Origin: Burkholderiales bacterium
GTDB taxonomy: Bacteria; Pseudomonadota; Gammaproteobacteria; Burkholderiales; Burkholderiaceae_C
DNA: 44,485 nt
NCBI GenBank assembly: GCA_043749095.1
Contig: JAYVEB010000024.1
Coordinates: forward strand, 1 to 44,485
Direction of reading: 5' to 3'
Shown: positions 8,250-17,413 of the stretch, one piece after another
How positions within the stretch are numbered: the stretch's first letter is position 1
How the letters are laid out: every line of letters begins with the position of its first letter
Notes under the pieces: model-generated
Told to the model about the DNA's origin: nothing
Seen by the model: only the letters and a program-made list of their open reading frames with translations
The model's database searches: none
Translations under genes and position numbers: made by a program

Positions 8250-9297
8250 GATGCCAGGACCTTGCTGGCGCGATCGCCTGACACGATGCGGCTCCACAGT
8301 CGATTGCGGTGTTCCTCGCTCTCAACGGGCTGCACCCAGCGCAGCATGTTGTCGTCCATGTCGCTGGGTTCGGTCGAGGTGGTGTTGCTCAGACCCTGCC
8401 GGTCTGCCAACACCTGGCCGGGCTCGTTTTCCAGCAGGTCATTGATCCAGGCGGTGGCAAGCCCCGGATTGCGCGCCCTGCGGGTGATGACCCAGCAGTC
8501 GAGCCAGGCGAGCGCACCTTCCTTGGGCATGGCATAGCCGACATCCAACCCGCCCGCCTTGCACAGTTGCAGCTGCTGTTTGCCGAAATTGGCGAACATC
8601 AGCGCCGCCTGCCGGCGCTTGAACAAGGCCACCGATTCGTCGGGGCGCGTGTAGAAACCACTTACGTTCCTGCGCAGTGCGATCAGTCGGTCAACCGCGC
8701 GGGGCCAGTCCCGGTCGTCGAGCCTGAACGGCGATTGCAGCCCGAGTGAAATGGCGGCCAGAGAGAAGTTGTGGGTGCCGCCGTTGTAGGCGATCACCTT
8801 GCCGCGATAGCGCTCGTCCCACAACGCGGCAATCGAGTTGGGCGGACTGGACACCTGCCGACGATCGTAGATCAGGCCCATTTCGGAGTAGGTGTACGGA
8901 ATGGCGTAGACCACGCCATCGTGGACGATGCCCGGAATCGATGCGAGATCGCGAAAGCGCGGTCGCTGCGGGCCAGGTTCGGCAATGCGCTGGTCGCGAT
9001 GCCGACCACCAGGCCCTTGCGGATGTAGCGCTGCAATTCGGCCGTGTTGACCGCGAAGACATCGAAGTCCTGTGCGCCGTTCGCGATGATCTTGTTTCAG
9101 AGATCCAGGTCGGAATCGATGATCGTGACCTCGACCTTGCCTCCGTGGCGCCGCTCGAACGTTCGCACGATGTCGGGATCGGCGTAGCCAGGCCAAGCCG
9201 GCACGCGCAAGGTGTCACCGGCCGCGCGGGCCCACCCCGATGTGGTCGCCGCCAGAGCGCCACAGAACTGTCGTCGGTTGAGATGCAGGGGGATCAT
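8246..9297 (-). pseudogene. Periplasmic solute-binding protein (PotD/family-1-like), disrupted by one nonsense codon and one frameshift
   Basis: N-terminus MIPLHLNRRQFCGALAATTSGWARAAGDTLRVPAWPGYADPDIV...VTIIDSDLDL runs into TGA at 9099-9097, where Trp is expected. The same frame continues NKIIANGAQDFDVFAVNTAELQRYIRKGL...ALPNLARSD. The remainder, PRFRDLASIPGIVHDGVVYAIPYTYSEMGLIY...CWVITRRARNP..., lies in ORF 8246..9196 in a different frame. The switch is near 8961. Confidence 0.75.
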
Positions 9298-9431
9298 GCG
9301 GAGGTCACTGTAAGGGGTAGCGGCGGCGCGGCGTGTGGTGAGCAACACCGGCCCTGTGGACCGCCCCGTCTCGCCTACAGGTTATCGGCCGCTCAGGCGC
9401 ATTCTTGCGTTCAAGTGGCCTCAGACCAAAG

Positions 9432-9472
9432 GCTGCAGCCGCGCGAGATCGGGCGTCTCGCGCGGCTGCAGC
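9432..9472 (-). terminator. Strong hairpin downstream of the protease gene (probable intrinsic terminator)
   Basis: Perfect 17-bp inverted repeat GCTGCAGCCGCGCGAGA(9432-9448)/TCTCGCGCGGCTGCAGC(9456-9472) with a 7-nt loop. It lies 16 nt past the protease stop on the minus strand. Only a weak U-tract (CUUUGGUCU) follows. Confidence 0.6.
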
Positions 9473-9487
9473 TGGACCCGCGGTGAA

Positions 9488-11347
9488 TCAGTACGACATC
9501 GCGAGGCTGTAGGCGCCGGCGTTGCCGGTGCTGCGCAGCACGCGCACCACCAGCGTGGCGGCGGTCGTCCCGCTGTTGGTCAACGCCACCTTCTGCTGGC
9601 GTCCGTTGGAACCGGGCACCATCAGCAATTGCTGTCCATTGCTTAGGTAGATGCCGAGGCCGAAACCAGAGGCGGATCCGGCGGTCAGCGTGACGGTCAC
9701 CGTTTTGCCGCCTGCCACCGCGAACTGGTAGTAGTCGGTGTCGGTGGTGCTGCTGAGGGAACCGGAAACGACGCTCGGCAGTGCGCTGATCTTCTGTGCT
9801 GCAGCCAGCGTGTTGTTCGGTTCGGCTTCGTCCACCTGCGTCACGCTGGGTGCCGGGGCGGGCGTGGGAGCAGGTGTTGGCGCGGGCGCTGGTGGCGCTG
9901 GTGGCGTGGGTGTTGTGGTGCCCTTCGCGGCAAGGGCCGCGATCACCGCGGCATTGGCGTTCACGATGCCCGCGCCGCAACCAGAGCATGGCGCCGGGAA
10001 GGCCCGTGCCGTGGACTTCAGCAGCGATGCGATCTGGTCTGGCGTCAGCGTCGGGTTGACCGACAGCATCAGCGCTGCGACGCCGCTGACCACCGGCGTG
10101 GCCATCGAGGTGCCCATGTACGACGCGTAGCTGTCAGCGCCCGGCGTGGTCGTCCCGGCGTTGAGCGTGGACACCAGGCCCGCGCCGGAGTCGCCACCAG
10201 GCGCCGCCACGGTGACGTTGGTGCCGAAGTTCGAGTAGGACGCTTTGCTACCGGCCTTGCTGGTTGCGGCCACCGCGATGACGCCGCTGCAGTTGGCCGG
10301 CGAGCTGCTGGACGCGTTGGTGTTCGAGTTGCCCGCTGCGACGATGACCGACGCGCCTTTGGCCCGTGCCGCGTTGACAGCGTTCTGCGAGGTGATGTCG
10401 CAGGCGCCGCTGCCACCCAGCGACAGGTTGATGACCTTCGCTGGATTCGTGTTTTGCGGCAGGCCATTGACCGTGCCGCCCGCAGCCCAGACGATCGCAT
10501 CGGCGATGTCCGAGGTGTAGCCGCCGCAGCGACCGAGCGCACGCAGCGGCAGGACGCGCGCCCCGAAGGCCACGCCCGTCACGCCAATGCCGTTGCCGCC
10601 TGCCGCTGCGGCCAGACCGGAGACGTGCGTGCCGTGCCATGAGCTGTTCCTGGCCGGGCTGCCGGTGCCGCAAGCGCCCGCCGGGGCCCAGTCACCTGGG
10701 TCGGAGGCATCGGCATCGCGGCCATTGCCGTCGACAGCGATCGCTGGATTGGTGATGAAGTCGTAGCCCGGCAGCAGGTTGGCGACCAGGTCGGCATGCG
10801 GGCGCACGCCGGTGTCGATGACGGCGATGACGACACCGTTGCCAGTGGCCTGGTTCCAGGCGTCCGGTGCAGCGATGCCCCCGGTCGCATCGGACAGCGC
10901 CCATTGCTGCGGATAAAGCGCATCGTTGGGCAGGTACATCGGCTGCAGGATGCGGTCGGGCTCGACGTATTCGATGCTCGAGTCGCCACTGCGCAGGCTC
11001 TGGATCAGGTTGCTGAGTTCGTCGCGGCTCATGCGCCGGCTGAGTTGCATCACCTGGCTGCCGTTGTGCGTTCGCCGCAGAGCAGAGACCTGCACGCCCT
11101 GACGGTTGCCAGCCACCGTGACGGCGGTGCGTGAACGCGCCGACATCAGGTTGTTGCTGCCGTCGCGGTATTTCACGATCAGGCGGTCGGTGGTCGCGAG
11201 CGACTCCGCGGTGACCATTCCGGCCGAGGCAGACGTCGGGATCGTCGGCGACACCGGTCGGTTGAACCACGCTTGTGCGGGGGTGGCGATGAGAGCGACC
11301 GATGTCGCCAGGATCAGCGGTGTCGCCAGAAGTTTGCGCAATGTCAT
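9488..11347 (-). CDS. Secreted subtilisin-like serine protease (peptidase S8) with N-terminal propeptide and C-terminal PPC domain
   Basis: Start MTLRKLLATPLILATSVALIATPAQA (signal peptide) with GAGG 8 nt upstream. The catalytic triad motifs are VIAVIDTGV, WHGTHVSG and GTSMATP. A Pro/Ala/Thr linker TPTPPAPPAPAPTPAPTPAPAPS follows. The C-terminal EAEPNNTLAAAQ...DTDYYQF matches the bacterial pre-peptidase C-terminal domain. Confidence 0.92.
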   Translation of the reverse strand: MTLRKLLATPLILATSVALIATPAQAWFNRPVSPTIPTSASAGMVTAESLATTDRLIVKYRDGSNNLMSARSRTAVTVAGNRQGVQVSALRRTHNGSQVMQLSRRMSRDELSNLIQSLRSGDSSIEYVEPDRILQPMYLPNDALYPQQWALSDATGGIAAPDAWNQATGNGVVIAVIDTGVRPHADLVANLLPGYDFITNPAIAVDGNGRDADASDPGDWAPAGACGTGSPARNSSWHGTHVSGLAAAAGGNGIGVTGVAFGARVLPLRALGRCGGYTSDIADAIVWAAGGTVNGLPQNTNPAKVINLSLGGSGACDITSQNAVNAARAKGASVIVAAGNSNTNASSSSPANCSGVIAVAATSKAGSKASYSNFGTNVTVAAPGGDSGAGLVSTLNAGTTTPGADSYASYMGTSMATPVVSGVAALMLSVNPTLTPDQIASLLKSTARAFPAPCSGCGAGIVNANAAVIAALAAKGTTTPTPPAPPAPAPTPAPTPAPAPSVTQVDEAEPNNTLAAAQKISALPSVVSGSLSSTTDTDYYQFAVAGGKTVTVTLTAGSASGFGLGIYLSNGQQLLMVPGSNGRQQKVALTNSGTTAATLVVRVLRSTGNAGAYSLAMSY

Positions 11348-11620
11348 GAGATGCCTCGTGAGGTCCGAGGCCAACCCGTTGGGGCGGGTTGGCAGCCCCG
11401 CTACCGTGGCGCTGTGCGCTGTAGGCCGGAGGCTTTGCGTCCCATGCTTTCACATGGTTTGCGGGAAAATTTAGAGGGAGGTTAACCGCAGCGTGCGCAG
11501 CGAACCAGGGTGCGGACCCGCAGATCCGGCCACAAGCGAGACATCCTGCTCGAATGGCGCGTGGCACGCTGCGCAACCGATGCCACGCAGCGTTTTTTTG
11601 CACCCTGCACAATCTGCCGC

Positions 11621-13009
11621 ATGAGCTCCGCGCCGACCACCCTGGCCCCGACGCCCCTGGCGACACCGACCGACAGCGCCCCCGCCGCGGTGGGCTTTGC
11701 CGAGGCGCTGCGCTTCTGGCTCAAGCTCGGTTTCATCAGCTTCGGCGGGCCGGCCGGGCAGATCGCCACCATGCACACCGAGCTGGTCGAGCGCCGACGC
11801 TGGATCAGCGAGAAGCGCTTTCTGCATGCACTGAACTACTGCATGGTGTTGCCGGGCCCCGAGGCCCAGCAGCTCGCCACCTACATCGGCTGGCTGATGC
11901 ACCGCAGCGTGGGCGGCATCGCAGCCGGTGCACTGTTCGTGCTGCCGTCACTGTTCATCCTGATCGCGCTGTCCTGGATCTACCTGAGCTTCGGCGAGGT
12001 GCCGGTGGTCGCCGGTATCTTTTACGGGATCAAGCCGGCCGTGACCGCGCTGGTGGTGCATGCGGCGCACCGGATCGGCGGTCGGGCGCTGAAGAACCGC
12101 TGGATGCGGGCGATCGCGGCGGCAGCGTTCGTCGCGATCTTCGCGCTGCACGCACCGTTCCCGGCGATCGTGCTGGCCGCTGCGCTGATCGGCCACTTCG
12201 GCGCGAAGGTGGCGCCTCAGGTGTTCGTGCTCGGGGGCGGGCACGGCAGCGCCCAGAAGACTTACGGCCGGGCCTTGATCGACGACGACACGCCACCGCC
12301 CCTGCACGCGCTGTTCAAGCGCAGCCGCTTGCTGACCGTGCTGGCCATCGGTCTGGGCCTGTGGGCTGCGGCGATGGCCGTGCTGCTCGCAACGCAAGGC
12401 GTACAGGGCACGCTGACGCAGATGGGCTGGTTCTTCACCAAGGCCGCGATGCTGACCTTCGGCGGTGCCTACGCAGTGCTGCCCTATGTGTACCAGGGCG
12501 CGGTCGAGCAGCACCAGTGGCTGAGCGGCGCCCAGATGATCGATGGCCTGGCGCTCGGCGAGACCACCCCCGGCCCGCTGATCATGGTGGTGGCCTTCGT
12601 CGGATTCGTCGGCGGTTGGCTCAAGCCGATGTTCGGGCCCGAAGCGCTGTTCACCGCCGGTGCGATCGCGGCGACGGTGGTGACCTTCTTCACCTTCCTG
12701 CCCTCGTTCATCTTCATCCTCGCAGGTGGTCCGGTCATCGAGGCCACGCACGGAAAGCTCGGCTTCACTGCGCCGCTGTCGGCAATCACTGCGGCGGTGG
12801 TCGGTGTGATCCTGAACCTGGCGCTGTTCTTCGCTCACCACGTGCTCTGGCCCCACGGCTTCGGCGGGCACTTCGATGCGGTGTCGGCATTGATTGCTGC
12901 GGCGGCCGCGGTGGCGCTGTTCCGCTTCAAGGTCGGCGTGATGCCGCTGCTGGGCGCCTGTGCAGCCGTGGGCCTCGCGGTCATGCTGCTCGCACCTGGA
13001 TGGCGCTAA
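11621..13009 (+). CDS. chrA: Chromate efflux transporter ChrA (CHR family)
   Basis: FWLKLGFISFGGPAGQIATMHTELVERRRWISEKRFLHALNYCMVLPGPEAQQLATYIGW is the hallmark first CHR repeat. The second repeat is TFGGAYAVLPYVYQGAVEQHQWLSGAQMIDGLALGETTPGPLIMV. The protein is polytopic. The ATG at 11621 was chosen because the upstream 37 codons of ORF 11510 look non-coding. Confidence 0.9.
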   Translation: MSSAPTTLAPTPLATPTDSAPAAVGFAEALRFWLKLGFISFGGPAGQIATMHTELVERRRWISEKRFLHALNYCMVLPGPEAQQLATYIGWLMHRSVGGIAAGALFVLPSLFILIALSWIYLSFGEVPVVAGIFYGIKPAVTALVVHAAHRIGGRALKNRWMRAIAAAAFVAIFALHAPFPAIVLAAALIGHFGAKVAPQVFVLGGGHGSAQKTYGRALIDDDTPPPLHALFKRSRLLTVLAIGLGLWAAAMAVLLATQGVQGTLTQMGWFFTKAAMLTFGGAYAVLPYVYQGAVEQHQWLSGAQMIDGLALGETTPGPLIMVVAFVGFVGGWLKPMFGPEALFTAGAIAATVVTFFTFLPSFIFILAGGPVIEATHGKLGFTAPLSAITAAVVGVILNLALFFAHHVLWPHGFGGHFDAVSALIAAAAAVALFRFKVGVMPLLGACAAVGLAVMLLAPGWR

Positions 13010-13021
13010 AGACCCCGCTGC

Positions 13022-13441
13022 ATGGAGACCCTGCCGATCCGCCTGCTGCCTGGCCAGGACCTGCGCCGCGCTCTTGAAGCGGTGGTGGGCGAGGGCTGTG
13101 ACGCAGCCTTTGTGATGTCGGGCATCGGTAGTCTGTCGCCTGCGATCCTGCGCCTGGCCGGCGCGACCGGGCTGACAACGATCACTGGCGATACCGAGAT
13201 CCTGACCCTGTCCGGCAGCATCGCCGGCAACGCATCGCACCTGCGCGCCAGCGTGTCCGATGCGCAGGGCGTGGTCACCGGCGGGCATGTCGCCTACGGT
13301 TGCACCGTGCGCACCACCGCCGAAGTGTTGCTGGCGCTGCTGCCCGACTGGCGCTTCAGCCGCGAGCCCGATGCTGCCACCGGCTTCGACGAGCTGGTCG
13401 TGCGACGCGCGGCTGGATCCGCCACCGGCGGCGGCGCCTGA
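13022..13441 (+). CDS. PPC (DUF296) domain protein, plants-and-prokaryotes-conserved DNA-binding-type fold
   Basis: 139-aa ORF METLPIRLLPGQDL...AFVMSGIGSL...ILTLSGSI......HLRASVSD.QG.V.GGHV..GC.V.TTAEVLL. The pattern is typical of DUF296/PPC proteins. Confidence 0.75.
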   Translation: METLPIRLLPGQDLRRALEAVVGEGCDAAFVMSGIGSLSPAILRLAGATGLTTITGDTEILTLSGSIAGNASHLRASVSDAQGVVTGGHVAYGCTVRTTAEVLLALLPDWRFSREPDAATGFDELVVRRAAGSATGGGA

Positions 13442-13475
13442 GCGGCCGTCACGCCACGCCCGGAGCATTGAACCC

Positions 13476-14645
13476 ATGGACCGCGTCGATTGCATCGTGA
13501 TCGGAGCCGGTGTCGTCGGGCTGGCCTGCGCGCGCGCGATTGCTCAGGCCGGCCTGGAGGTGCTGATCGTCGAGCGCGAGACCGCCTACGGCAGCGGGGT
13601 GTCGGCGCGCAACAGCGAGGTGATCCACGCCGGGCTGTACTACCCGACGGGCAGCCGCAAGGCACTGTGGTGCGTGCGTGGCGCGCGGCTGCTGTACGAC
13701 CATTGCGCCCAGCGCGGTATCGCGCACCGCCGCTGCGGCAAGCTGCTGGTGGCAACACGCGAGATCGATGTCGCGGCGCTCGAAACGCTTCGCGCGAAAG
13801 CCCTGGCCAATGGTGTCGCCGAGCTGCAGTGGCTGACACGCGCCCAGGCCGTGGCGCTCGAACCCGAGCTGCACTGCGTCGCAGCGCTGTGGTCGCCCGC
13901 CAGCGGCATCGTCGACAGCCACGGCCTGATGACCTCCTTGCTCGGTGACGCCGAAGCCGCTGGTGCGCTGCTGGCGGTGACCAGCGGCGTGGTCGGTGCC
14001 ACACGCGACGGCGATGGGTGGCGGGTCACGGTTCAGGAGGCCGGTGCCAACGATCGCGCTGACGTGGGCGACTACACGCTGCAAACCCGCTGGGTCGTCA
14101 ACGCCGCCGGCCTCGACGCCCAGGCTGTCGCGGCCTCGATGGAGGGCTTCCCCGCGGACGCGATCCCGCCGCGTCACCTGGCCAAGGGGCACTACTTTTC
14201 GTTGAGCGGCCGCGCGCCGTTCTCGCGGCTGATCTATCCGCTGCCGACCGACGGCGGCCTCGGCGTGCACCTGACGCTCGACCTCGGCGGCCAAGCCAAG
14301 TTCGGGCCCGATGTGGAGTGGATCGACAACATCACCTCCGCCGCCGACCTCGGCCGCGACCTCGATTACACCGTCGATGCGCACCGCGCCAACGCCTTTG
14401 CCGCTGAAGTTCGCCGCTACTGGCCGCGCCTGCCCGACGCTGCCTTGGCGCCCGCCTACAGCGGTATCCGGCCGAAGCTGAGCGGCCCGGGCGAGCCCGC
14501 GGCCGACTTCCGGCTCGACGGACCCGCCGACCACGGCTGCGAGGGCGTGGTGCAGTTGTTCGGCATCGAGTCGCCCGGGCTCACCGCATCTTTCGCGATT
14601 GCCGAAGCGGTCGCTGTCTTGGTGACGAGTTCGGCTGCAGTTTGA
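13476..14645 (+). CDS. FAD-dependent oxidoreductase, L-2-hydroxyglutarate oxidase (LhgO)-like
   Basis: Start MDRVDCIVIGAGVVGLACARAIAQAGLEVLIVERE (GxGxxG dinucleotide fold). The following ...SARNSEVIHAGLYYP.GS.KA is characteristic of LhgO-type DAO-family enzymes. The C-terminal FGIESPGLTAS motif is also present. The upstream 72 codons of ORF 13260 overlap the previous gene and are discounted. Confidence 0.8.
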   Translation: MDRVDCIVIGAGVVGLACARAIAQAGLEVLIVERETAYGSGVSARNSEVIHAGLYYPTGSRKALWCVRGARLLYDHCAQRGIAHRRCGKLLVATREIDVAALETLRAKALANGVAELQWLTRAQAVALEPELHCVAALWSPASGIVDSHGLMTSLLGDAEAAGALLAVTSGVVGATRDGDGWRVTVQEAGANDRADVGDYTLQTRWVVNAAGLDAQAVAASMEGFPADAIPPRHLAKGHYFSLSGRAPFSRLIYPLPTDGGLGVHLTLDLGGQAKFGPDVEWIDNITSAADLGRDLDYTVDAHRANAFAAEVRRYWPRLPDAALAPAYSGIRPKLSGPGEPAADFRLDGPADHGCEGVVQLFGIESPGLTASFAIAEAVAVLVTSSAAV

Positions 14646-14673
14646 TGCTGGCTTTTGTTCGGTGCTGCCGAGG

Positions 14674-14785
14674 GCGCGGGGTGACCGGCTCCGCTCATGT
14701 CACCCGGACCGGGTCACCTCCCAAGCGCTTGGGTAAGACCGATCCGGCCCTCCTGCTTTACTTCGCTGCGCCGGTCACCCCACGC
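14674..14785. repeat. Palindrome-rich 112-bp intergenic element with four GGTNACC-type motifs
   Basis: A 16-nt inverted repeat GCGCGGGGTGACCGGC(14674-14689)/GCCGGTCACCCCACGC(14770-14785), 15/16 complementary, encloses an inner region. That region contains the palindrome ACCCGGaCCGGGT (14702-14714) and the perfect 14-bp palindrome CCCAAGCGCTTGGG (14720-14733). GTGACC/GTCACC occurs at about 14682, 14698, 14713 and 14774. Confidence 0.6.
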
Positions 14786-14970
14786 CCCCGGCAGCCGGCA
14801 CCGTTGTCGCATGCAAAGGAATTCAAACCGTAGAACGCTTCGGTGGTTTTTGAAGCGCTGCGGTGGGTCGCTGTGTGGAGTGAAGTAAAGGGGGAGGGTC
14901 TGTCTTTTCAGGCCCGGGGGACATGAACGCAACACAGCGACCCGCCGCAGCGCCCGCGCGCCGGCTCCGG

Positions 14971-15219
14971 TCAGCTCTTGGCCAGTGAGGTGGCGGTCCG
15001 CTTGATATCCCGCAGCATGAACAAATACAGCCCTTCGACCTTCTCTCGCGCCCATGGCGTCTTGCGCAGGAATTTCAAACTCGACGCAACGCTCGGGTCG
15101 CTGATGAAGCAGCGCACCGGGATGCGCTCGGCCAGGCCCATCCACCCGTAGTGCGCGACCAGCGCGGTGACGATGCCTTCGAGCGTGAGGCCGTGCAGCG
15201 GGTTACGCGGTTGCTGCAT
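14971..15219 (-). CDS. VF530/DUF2132 family small DNA-binding-like protein
   Basis: 82-aa [60 protein letters not shown] matches my recollection of the VF530 family. It lies 2 nt downstream of dctA on the same strand. Confidence 0.75.
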   Translation of the reverse strand: MQQPRNPLHGLTLEGIVTALVAHYGWMGLAERIPVRCFISDPSVASSLKFLRKTPWAREKVEGLYLFMLRDIKRTATSLAKS

Positions 15220-15221
15220 CT

Positions 15222-16553
15222 TCAGCGCGTGGGTGTGGACTGCATGTGCTGCTCGACCGGGTCGAGCACCGCTTCCGGCTCGGCCGCGTCGGCATCGGTC
15301 TCGTTGTTGAGTTGCCGGGTCATTCGGCTCTTGTCCAGGTCACCGGTCCAGCTGGCGACCACGATGGTGGCGACACCGTTGCCGATCAGGTTGGTCAGCG
15401 CGCGCGCTTCGGACATGAAGCGGTCGATGCCGAGGATCAGCGCCAGCCCGGCTACCGGCACGTGGCCCACCGCCGACAGCGTGGCCGCCAGCACGATGAA
15501 ACCGCTGCCGGTGACGCCGGCCGCGCCTTTCGACGTCAGCAGCAGCACCAGCAGCAGCGTGATCTGTTGCGTCAGCGTCATTGGCGTGTTGGTGGCCTGC
15601 GCGATGAACACTGCGGCCATCGTCAGGTAGATCGAGGTGCCGTCGAGGTTGAACGAGTAGCCGGTCGGGATCACCAGACCGACGACCGATTTCTTAGCGC
15701 CCAGGTTTTCCATCTTCGCCATCATCCGCGGCAGCACCGATTCGCTGGACGAGGTGCCGAGCACGATCAGAAGCTCTTCCTTGATGTAGCGGACGAACTT
15801 GAAGATCGAGAAGCCGTGGAACCTGGCGATCAGCCCCAGCACGACGAAGATGAAGAACAGGCAGGTCGTGTAGAAGGTCGCCATCAGCGCACCGAGCGAG
15901 ACCAGCGAACCGACGCCGTACTTGCCGATGGTGAAGGCCATCGAGCCGAAGGCACCGATGGGCGCCACCTTCATGATAATGCCGACGATGCTGAACAACA
16001 CATGCGAGGTCTTCTCGATCAGGTCGAACACCAGCGTGCCGCGACCGCCGAACTTGTGCAGTGCGAAGCCGAACATCACCGCGAACAGCAGCACCTGCAG
16101 GATCTCACCCTTGGCGAACGCATCGATCACCGTGCTCGGAATGATGTTGAGCAGGAAGTCGGTGGTCGTCGCCATCTTGCCCGGCTCGGTGTAGGCCGCG
16201 ATGCCCTTGGTGTCGAGCGTGCTCACGTCGATGTTCATGCGGGCGCCCGGCTGCACCAGGTTGATGATGACCAGCCCGACGACCAGCGCGATCGAGCTGA
16301 CGACCTCGAAGTACAGCAGCGCCAAGCCGCCGGTCTTGCCGACCTTCTTCATGTCTTCCATGCCGGCGATGCCGACGACCACGGTGCAAAAGATGATCGG
16401 CGCGATGATCATCTTGATCAACTTGATGAAGCCATCACCCAGCGGTTTCATCGCCGCGCCGGTCTGTGGATAGAAGTGTCCGAGCAGCACGCCGATCACG
16501 ATGGCGGTGATGACCTGGAAATACAGCGCCTGGTGGAGCGGCTTCTTTGGCAT
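15222..16553 (-). CDS. dctA: C4-dicarboxylate transporter DctA (DAACS family)
   Basis: 443 aa. [20 protein letters not shown]...[31 protein letters not shown]...[14 protein letters not shown]...[21 protein letters not shown] are near-invariant DctA signatures. Confidence 0.95.
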   Translation of the reverse strand: MPKKPLHQALYFQVITAIVIGVLLGHFYPQTGAAMKPLGDGFIKLIKMIIAPIIFCTVVVGIAGMEDMKKVGKTGGLALLYFEVVSSIALVVGLVIINLVQPGARMNIDVSTLDTKGIAAYTEPGKMATTTDFLLNIIPSTVIDAFAKGEILQVLLFAVMFGFALHKFGGRGTLVFDLIEKTSHVLFSIVGIIMKVAPIGAFGSMAFTIGKYGVGSLVSLGALMATFYTTCLFFIFVVLGLIARFHGFSIFKFVRYIKEELLIVLGTSSSESVLPRMMAKMENLGAKKSVVGLVIPTGYSFNLDGTSIYLTMAAVFIAQATNTPMTLTQQITLLLVLLLTSKGAAGVTGSGFIVLAATLSAVGHVPVAGLALILGIDRFMSEARALTNLIGNGVATIVVASWTGDLDKSRMTRQLNNETDADAAEPEAVLDPVEQHMQSTPTR

Positions 16554-16738
16554 GCGGTTCTCCAGCGGCCAAGCAAGCGCGTAGTGTCACCCCACCGTTG
16601 CAGTTGCCAAGGGGCTCTCGCGTGTAACCAGAAGCTTCCACACGCCCGGGGGGTGAGGTGCCTACGAGGCCGGGTTCAGCGCACGGGCATCCCGATAATC
16701 CATGTAGCGGGCGTCTTCAAAGCCCGCGGAGGCCTGAC

Positions 16739-17413
16739 ATGCGCTTGCTCATCGTCGAAGACGATCAATCACTCGGGGACGCGTTGGCAACTGGCTTGCG
16801 GCAGCTCGGTCATGTGGTCGACTGGTTCCGCGACGGCCACCAGGCGAATTCCGCCTTGTCCAGTGCGCCTTACGACGCGGTGGTGCTTGACCTCGGGCTG
16901 CCGGGCATCGACGGCATGGTCTGGCTGGAGCGCTGGCGCGGCCGGGAGCAGGCGGTACCAATGCTGATCCTGACCGCGCGCGATGGCATCGAGCAGCGCA
17001 TTGCCGGACTCGATGCGGGCGCCGACGATTACCTGGTCAAGCCGATCACCATCGATGAGCTTGCGGCGCGCCTGCGTGCGATGGTGCGCCGCTCGGCCGG
17101 TCGTGCGCAATCGGTGTGGCAGCACGGCGCGCTCGAGTACGACCCCGCGACCAAGCTGGTGCGCTGGAACGGTGAGACCGTCGAGCTGACCGGGCTGGAG
17201 ATGACCTTGCTCGAAGCCTTGCTCAAACACCCTCAGCGCGTGTTGTCGAAGATGCACCTGCAGCAGATGATCTACGACTGGGGTGGCGGTGATCCATCGA
17301 GCAACTCGCTGGAAGTGCATGTGCACCACCTGCGCCGCAAGATCGACCCGGCCATCGTGCGCACCGTGCGCGGTGTCGGGTATGCGCTGGGTTCGGGTGA
17401 GCCCACGACATGA
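16739..17413 (+). CDS. OmpR-family response regulator (QseB/PmrA-like)
   Basis: MRLLIVEDDQSLGDAL...AVVLDLGLPGIDG (receiver domain with phospho-acceptor Asp). The winged-helix C-terminus reads LTGLEMTLLEALLKHPQRVLSK..L...IYDW......NSLEVHVHHLRRKI....VRTVRGVGYAL. GCGGAGG lies upstream of the ATG. Confidence 0.92.
   Translation: MRLLIVEDDQSLGDALATGLRQLGHVVDWFRDGHQANSALSSAPYDAVVLDLGLPGIDGMVWLERWRGREQAVPMLILTARDGIEQRIAGLDAGADDYLVKPITIDELAARLRAMVRRSAGRAQSVWQHGALEYDPATKLVRWNGETVELTGLEMTLLEALLKHPQRVLSKMHLQQMIYDWGGGDPSSNSLEVHVHHLRRKIDPAIVRTVRGVGYALGSGEPTT

Noticed and set aside
16554-16640. Sigma-54 promoter upstream of dctA (TTGGCAACTGCAACGG); also TGGCACGAGCTGCC at 24-37.
   Set aside because: The GG-N10-GC spacing of the -24/-12 consensus is not satisfied in either case. 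No DctBD-type activator genes are adjacent.
11554-16967. Long alternative-frame ORFs over chrA (11554..13077 +, 11948..13495 -), the LhgO-like gene (13449..14534 -) and dctA (15246..16967 +).
   Set aside because: Each overlaps a gene with unmistakable family motifs in another frame. Their translations are low-complexity and Arg/Gly/Asp-rich.
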